A stretch of DNA of 62,354 nt, counting the filler, from Deltaproteobacteria bacterium (GTDB taxonomy: Bacteria; JAEEML01): assembly GCA_016283195.1 (NCBI GenBank). It is 5 parts of 5 records of this genome, joined end to end, with 100 filler letters (N's around TTAATTAATTAA, not from the genome) between each part and the next. Parts side by side here need not be neighbours in the genome. Positions count along the whole stretch, not along the records: positions 54,772 to 62,354 come from JAEEML010000170.1; 4 more parts are not named here. One strand, 5' to 3'. The notes below the pieces were generated by a model, which did no database searches, was not told the origin of the DNA, and worked only from the letters and a program-made list of their open reading frames with translations. The position numbers and the translations under genes were made by a program. Of this stretch, positions 57,038 through 62,354 are shown in pieces (the first letter of the stretch is position 1; every line of letters begins with the position of its first letter).

Positions 57038-58165
57038 ATGGGACTTTGGAATTTTGTAAAAAGTCAAGTAATTGAAGTAATTGAATGGCTCGACGAATCA
57101 CGCGATACCATGGTTTATCGCTTTCCGGTGGCCGGCCAGGAAATTAAAATGGGTGCCAAACTCATCGTGCGTGAAGGGCAGGCGGCCTGTTTTGTAAATA
57201 AAGGTGAACTGGCCGATGTTTTTGAGCCGGGCACTTATACTCTTTCTACCGAGAATATGCCCTTTTTAACCAAAATTATGAGCTGGAAACATGGCTTTAA
57301 CTCCCCCTTTAAAGCGGAAGTTTACTTTGTTACCACGCGCCAATTTACCAACCAGGCTTGGGGCACTCAAAATCCTATTTTACTGCGCGATCCGGAATTT
57401 GGCTATGTGCGTCTGCGCGCTTTTGGTACCTATGCCATTAAAGTGGCCGACCCGGCTACTCTACTTAAAAATGTGGTTGGTACTGCCGGGCAGTTCTCCG
57501 TTGAAGAGCTTTCGCAACAACTGCGCCGCATGGTTGTTTCTTCCTTTAGCGATGCTCTCGGCGAGATGAAAATAGCCGCTGTTGATTTGGCTTCGCACTA
57601 TGAAGAGCTGGGCGACAAGCTGCGCGAGAAAATGAATAAGAAATTCGAGGAATACGGCGTTGTCGTGGCCTCGTTTGTGGTGGAAAATATCTCTCTGCCC
57701 AAGAATGTGGAAGAGGTGCTCGATAAGCGCACTTCCATGGGCATTGTGGGCAATATCGGCCAATATGCCGCTTTTAATGCTGCCGAAGCTATGGGCAAAA
57801 TGGGTGATAACGGTGGCGGTGGCGTGGCTGGCCTTGGTGCGCAGATGGCCGCCGGTATGGGCATGGGCCAGATGATGGCCGGCGCCATGGGTATGATGAA
57901 TAATGCCATGGGCCAGCCGATGATGGGTGGCCAAATGATGCCTCAGGGCCAAATGATGGGCGGGCCCATGATGGGCGGCATGATGATGCAACAACCCATG
58001 CAACAACAGGCCGCTCCGGCTCCCGCTGCTCCCGCTCCGGCAGCTGCTGACCCAATGGCCGAAATCAAAGCAAAGCTCTCCAAATTGAAAGAACTTCAGG
58101 AAATGGGCCTTATTTCCGAAGAAGAGTTTAATGCTAAACGCAGTGCTCTTTTAGCTTCCATCTGA
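57038..58165 (+). CDS. SPFH-domain (YdjI-like) protein with Met/Gly/Gln-rich linker and SHOCT-like C-terminus
   Basis: GAKLIVREGQ, SPFKAEVYF, WGTQNPI..RDPEFG, KLKELQEMGLISEEEFNAKR. RBS AGGAGG. Confidence 0.9.
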   Translation: MGLWNFVKSQVIEVIEWLDESRDTMVYRFPVAGQEIKMGAKLIVREGQAACFVNKGELADVFEPGTYTLSTENMPFLTKIMSWKHGFNSPFKAEVYFVTTRQFTNQAWGTQNPILLRDPEFGYVRLRAFGTYAIKVADPATLLKNVVGTAGQFSVEELSQQLRRMVVSSFSDALGEMKIAAVDLASHYEELGDKLREKMNKKFEEYGVVVASFVVENISLPKNVEEVLDKRTSMGIVGNIGQYAAFNAAEAMGKMGDNGGGGVAGLGAQMAAGMGMGQMMAGAMGMMNNAMGQPMMGGQMMPQGQMMGGPMMGGMMMQQPMQQQAAPAPAAPAPAAADPMAEIKAKLSKLKELQEMGLISEEEFNAKRSALLASI

Positions 58166-58320
58166 TTGCTCTCCTCTTTCTGCGGCCTTTAAATAGTTTA
58201 ATATACAAATTGTTACAAATAAAATCAACAAATTAACTCGTTAGTTGAATATGCTGGCCTTTTTGCTTCTTGAGATAAAGCGGCAAAATAAAAAGTTATA
58301 CCAAGAAGGAGAGTAAAAAA

Positions 58321-59928
58321 ATGGAAAAGAGATGGCAAGTAAGTGGGCTATTGACAGTAGTCTTGAGCGCTTTTGTGTTTTTCGGCGCTTGTAATAATGA
58401 GCCCAAGGAAGATCCGAAGCCTGGGAATCAAGAAGGGCAGGGTGAAAGCAAAGAGCCCAAGGAGACAGAGCCTTTTAAAGCTTTTCCTGATGCCTCCTCC
58501 GACACCAACCGCATGATGAGCGAGACTTTGCCTTATTTTCAGGCAGTTATTGATGGCAAGGGCAGCCTGGGTTCGGTAGTGGCTATTGTCAGACCGGACG
58601 GCGTAACCATTAAAGGCCTTGGCACTTTTGCCGCCGAAAAAGACCCGGGCAGTATTAACTTTGAACTGGCCAGTATCACTAAGGTTTTTACCGGTATGGC
58701 CTTTGCTTCCATGGTAAATGACGGCATTCTTAAGCTGGATACTAAATTGGCCGCTTGTAAGCCACAAAATCTTGATATTGAAGTGCCGGATATTACGCTC
58801 GGGCAACTTACTTCGCATACATCCGGTTTGCCCTTTGATATGAAAGAAGTAGATAACAGCAGCGTAACTTTTTATACCAAAACCAGCGATAAAGCACTCT
58901 GGGAAGGACTCGCGACCAACAAGCAGTCTAAATCGAAAATCGGTAAGTATAATTACAGCAACTACGGCGTGGCGCTTTTAGGTTCGGCACTGGCTCACTG
59001 TGACGGCGAGGAAAACTGGCTTAAAGTGGTGGAAAAGCGGGTTTTAAAACCGCTCGGCTTGGAAGGTATTTCCCCCAGTGCGGTGAAAACTGCCGATCAT
59101 GATATTAATTTTGAAGAAATTCCCGGGTGGGATTGGAGCGTTATTGATGCCGGCGCTCATGCCGCTTTGCGCGGCAATGCCAAACAGCTCGCCCGCCTGG
59201 CGCAGATGATGATGTCGAGTGATAATTTTATCGGCCACAGAATGCTGAAAAAATCGCAAGAACATGTTTTTGAATTTCCAAACCCGCTGGAAGAGATTTA
59301 TTCGGCTATTGGGTTCAACTGGCTTATCGGTTACAATAACAACTTTGTGAATTATATATTTACCGACAAAGATGGCGAAGAATTGCTTGAGGGGCTGGTG
59401 GAAAGCTTTACTGGTATGGTTTATCATGGCGGCTCTGCCCGCGGGCATTTAACTGAATTTATTGTGGCCCCGGAGCAAAAACTGGCAATTATCATGTTAA
59501 GCGATTCGCGGAGTAGCAGTGGTATTGACCAGGCATACGCTTTAATTTTTGCTTTTGGCTATCTGCTGGGCTTAAATAGCGATGAAGATAAAGAATTATT
59601 GCAACATTACAGTGATGTTCTCCTGCCGCCGGTTGTGGATTTGCCCGCCGATAAAAAAGCCCGCCTTGTAGGTGATTATAATAAAAGATTCAGCGATGGT
59701 GTGGAAACTCTCTCGATATCTCTTGATGCCAGTAGCGATATTTGGTTCTCCATGACCAGTTGGGAAGGTGAAAAGTATCGCGCCTGGCCGCTTTCGGAAA
59801 GTGTACTTACTTCAGCTGCTGTCGGCGATATTACCTTCACTCTGCCTGAAGATTCCCAGGAAGGCGCTTCGTCTGCATCTATACAGTTTGATCAGGGGAC
59901 GAATTATGTATTTAATCGCGCCGACTAA
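58321..59928 (+). CDS. Serine hydrolase lipoprotein (class C beta-lactamase/DD-peptidase fold), paralog 1
   Basis: Lipobox FGAC, FELASITK (SxxK), LTSHTSGL, YSN, HGG. Confidence 0.9.
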   Translation: MEKRWQVSGLLTVVLSAFVFFGACNNEPKEDPKPGNQEGQGESKEPKETEPFKAFPDASSDTNRMMSETLPYFQAVIDGKGSLGSVVAIVRPDGVTIKGLGTFAAEKDPGSINFELASITKVFTGMAFASMVNDGILKLDTKLAACKPQNLDIEVPDITLGQLTSHTSGLPFDMKEVDNSSVTFYTKTSDKALWEGLATNKQSKSKIGKYNYSNYGVALLGSALAHCDGEENWLKVVEKRVLKPLGLEGISPSAVKTADHDINFEEIPGWDWSVIDAGAHAALRGNAKQLARLAQMMMSSDNFIGHRMLKKSQEHVFEFPNPLEEIYSAIGFNWLIGYNNNFVNYIFTDKDGEELLEGLVESFTGMVYHGGSARGHLTEFIVAPEQKLAIIMLSDSRSSSGIDQAYALIFAFGYLLGLNSDEDKELLQHYSDVLLPPVVDLPADKKARLVGDYNKRFSDGVETLSISLDASSDIWFSMTSWEGEKYRAWPLSESVLTSAAVGDITFTLPEDSQEGASSASIQFDQGTNYVFNRAD

Positions 59929-60105
59929 GGTTTTTAGAATTTATTAGCTTATGAAATAATTGAATTACTAGGGATAGCCGCCGGAGAAAATTTTTTTGAA
60001 AAAGTGAAAAAAAGCAACTTCACAAGAACTCGCAACTTACTATAGGGTAGTCCTTTGTGTTTTTGGCGCTATGCTAAAACGAAATATTGAATATAGGAGT
60101 GAAAA

Positions 60106-61698
60106 ATGAAAAAGAGATGGAAAATTAGTGGTTTATTGCCAATTGCCTTGAGCGCTTTCGTGTTTTTCGGCGCTTGTGGCAATGAGCCAAAAATTGAGCC
60201 GAAACCCAATAATCAAGAAGAGCCGAGTGAGCCCAAAGAGACAGAGCCTTTTAAGGCTTTTCCCGAGGCTACTTCCAAGACCAACAGCATTATGGAAGAT
60301 GTGAGTCAATATTTTCAGGCTTATATCGATGCTAAAGGTTCTCCCGGTTCGGTCGCGGCTATTGTCACACCGACCGGCGTAACCATTAAGGGTTTTGGTA
60401 CTTTTGCTGCCGAAAAAGACCCGGGCAGTATTAATTTTGAACTGGCCAGTATTACTAAGGTTTTTGTTGGCATGGCCTTTGCTTCCATGGTAAATGATGG
60501 CATTCTTAAGCTGGATACTAAATTGGCCGATTGTAAGCCTAAAGATCTTGATATTGAAGTGCCGGATATTACGCTCGGGCAACTTACTTCGCATACATCC
60601 GGTTTGCCTATGGATATGAAGGGCATTGTCAATGGTGATATGAATGATACTGTTTTTTATACCAAAACCACCGATAAGGAGCTTTGGGAGGGACTTAAGA
60701 CTACTAAGCGCTCAAAATCTAAAATCGGCAAATATGAATATAGTAACTACGGCGTAGCGCTTTTGGGCTCGGCCTTGGCGCATTGCGATAACGAGGCAAA
60801 CTGGTTCAAAGTGGTGGAAAAGAGAGTCTTAAAGCCACTCGGGCTGGAGGGTATGTCCACTACTGTTAAGGTTACGGACGGCTTTTCTCCTAATTTGGAC
60901 AAAATAGGCTGGAACTGGGAATCAATTGATGCCGGTGCTCATGCTGCTTTGCGCGGCAATGCCAAACAGCTCGCCCGCTTGGCACAGATGATAATGTCGA
61001 AAGATAATTTTATCGGCCATAAAATGATTAAAAAGTCGCTGGAGCATACTTATGAATTTGCCAACCCGGCGACTGATTATTACTCTGCTGTCGGTTATAA
61101 CTGGCTCATCGGCTTTCATAATGCTTTTGCCGACTATGTTTGGCGTGATGAAAATGAAGATGAATTCCTTGATGGCCTTATTGATGTATTTTTTGCTATG
61201 ATTCACCATGAAGGCGGCAGTGCCGGCCATGAAACCAGTATTGTAGTATCCCAAGATCCCCCAATGGCTATTATATATCTTAATAATTCGCGCGCCGGTA
61301 GCTATGTCAGTGCTTACGATGTTGTGGCTCTGGCTTTTGGGCACGCTTTTGGTATGGGCGATGTGGAAGAATATGCCGACATGATGGAGGGTTATAAAAA
61401 TTTCTTTACACCGGCGGTAATAGAGCTTAGCGCTGCCCAAAAAGAGCGTTTTCTCGGCGATTATAAATTAACTATTCAGGGTCAATCAATGGTAGCCACT
61501 GTTTCTTTAGATGCCAGTAGCGATCTTTGGTTTGGTATTGATACTTGGGGCGATGATCAGTACCGCGCTTGGCCGATAGCCGAGAATACATTAACCAGCC
61601 CTGTAGGCAAGTTCATATTTACTCTACCGGAAGATATAACCGAGCCGGCGTCTGTTTTGACGTTTCAGGAATATGACTTCCTAAGAGTAAAAGACTAA
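60106..61698 (+). CDS. Serine hydrolase lipoprotein, paralog 2
   Basis: Lipobox FGAC, FELASITK, YSN, HEG. Confidence 0.9.
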   Translation: MKKRWKISGLLPIALSAFVFFGACGNEPKIEPKPNNQEEPSEPKETEPFKAFPEATSKTNSIMEDVSQYFQAYIDAKGSPGSVAAIVTPTGVTIKGFGTFAAEKDPGSINFELASITKVFVGMAFASMVNDGILKLDTKLADCKPKDLDIEVPDITLGQLTSHTSGLPMDMKGIVNGDMNDTVFYTKTTDKELWEGLKTTKRSKSKIGKYEYSNYGVALLGSALAHCDNEANWFKVVEKRVLKPLGLEGMSTTVKVTDGFSPNLDKIGWNWESIDAGAHAALRGNAKQLARLAQMIMSKDNFIGHKMIKKSLEHTYEFANPATDYYSAVGYNWLIGFHNAFADYVWRDENEDEFLDGLIDVFFAMIHHEGGSAGHETSIVVSQDPPMAIIYLNNSRAGSYVSAYDVVALAFGHAFGMGDVEEYADMMEGYKNFFTPAVIELSAAQKERFLGDYKLTIQGQSMVATVSLDASSDLWFGIDTWGDDQYRAWPIAENTLTSPVGKFIFTLPEDITEPASVLTFQEYDFLRVKD

Positions 61699-61838
61699 TT
61701 ATTTGTAACTCGCCTGATTTATAAGCATTAATCCATTTACTTAATACTATTAAAGCATTATACTCAGTAAGTTGGACTCTTGATAAGGCTATTAACAAGG
61801 GTTTGTGGTTTTTACTATCTTTGATAGGAGGTAAGAAG

Positions 61839-62354
61839 ATGCAAAACCGTTTATGTTGCTACCTGGCTCTTGGCGCTCTTTTTGTGCTATCTTGCAAAGA
61901 TAAGCCGGAGATAACCAATGAACAGCAAGAGAACCAAGCCTGTAATGAGCTTAAACAGTGCGCATCCGGCCTAAGATGCGTGGATGATGTCTGCCACCGC
62001 ATTTGCACGGTTGATAAAGATTGCGATGCCACGCAAAAGTGTGCTGATTCCATTTGCATAAGCGGCAATGCCAGTGAATGTGCCTCCGATGATAATTGCA
62101 AAAATCCGCCGCCATGTAAGTCTGCCGGCGGAGCTTCCTGTGTTGCCGGCAAGTGCCAATATCCTGAGGAACTTATTTGTAATACCCCGCCGGCGGCCGA
62201 ATGTGTGGAAAACGATACTGTTTACCGCACCTATAGCCCATCCGGTACTTGCCATGCAGAGGGCGAAACACTGGGCTGTGTTTATGAACACAGCGATACT
62301 CCCTGTGCCGAGTGCAGCAAAAATTGCCTTGATTTTTGCGAAAATGTCACTTGC
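61839..62354 (+). CDS. Cys-rich lipoprotein (3' end runs off window)
   Basis: Not in ORF track. RBS AGGAGG, then MQNRLCCYLALGALFVLSCKDKPE...CASGLRCVDDVC, open to the window end. Confidence 0.85.
   Translation, partial: MQNRLCCYLALGALFVLSCKDKPEITNEQQENQACNELKQCASGLRCVDDVCHRICTVDKDCDATQKCADSICISGNASECASDDNCKNPPPCKSAGGASCVAGKCQYPEELICNTPPAAECVENDTVYRTYSPSGTCHAEGETLGCVYEHSDTPCAECSKNCLDFCENVTC

Noticed and set aside
57880-58050. ATG-rich repeat in the SPFH gene
   Set aside because: Ordinary Met/Gly/Gln/Pro low-complexity linker before the SHOCT-like domain.

Overview
The window is five assembly contigs joined by artificial N-padded TTAATTAATTAA spacers (8650-8749, 23695-23794, 41367-41466, 54672-54771), so adjacency across those points is not biological. 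The gene content suggests a moderate-GC, Myxococcota/deltaproteobacterium-like, probably gut or rumen-type organism (inference). The basis is AgmX/PglI-type domains, Myxococcus-type Cys-rich repeats, a Ser/Thr kinase, many Cys-rich lipoproteins, and Fibrobacter-type FISUMP domains with Rpn and AAA-PD-(D/E)XK genes. Recognisable genes include a cyclophilin, tRNA-Leu(CAG), glnS, tonB, gsk, tgt, ribA, aspS, ftsE/ftsX/envC-like, eno and a gdx/sugE-like SMR. Accessory content is dominated by secreted Cys-rich surface proteins. Best leads: (1) a 1433-aa lipoprotein with a ~32-unit Cys repeat stalk and three FISUMP domains, whose last 57 codons and downstream GNA-triloop hairpin resemble a remote diversity-generating-retroelement target; (2) Bdellovibrio MAT-like phage-tail-fibre adhesin fragments; (3) an AAA/DUF4143 gene bracketed by 61-bp direct repeats containing a palindrome; (4) three TGACA-N4-TGTCA-type sites at an exact 92-bp period plus an IHF site; (5) an MmeI-like enzyme with a degenerate nuclease motif, and an Rpn gene with an internal ribosome-binding site. 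All family assignments come from motif recognition by eye, not database searches.
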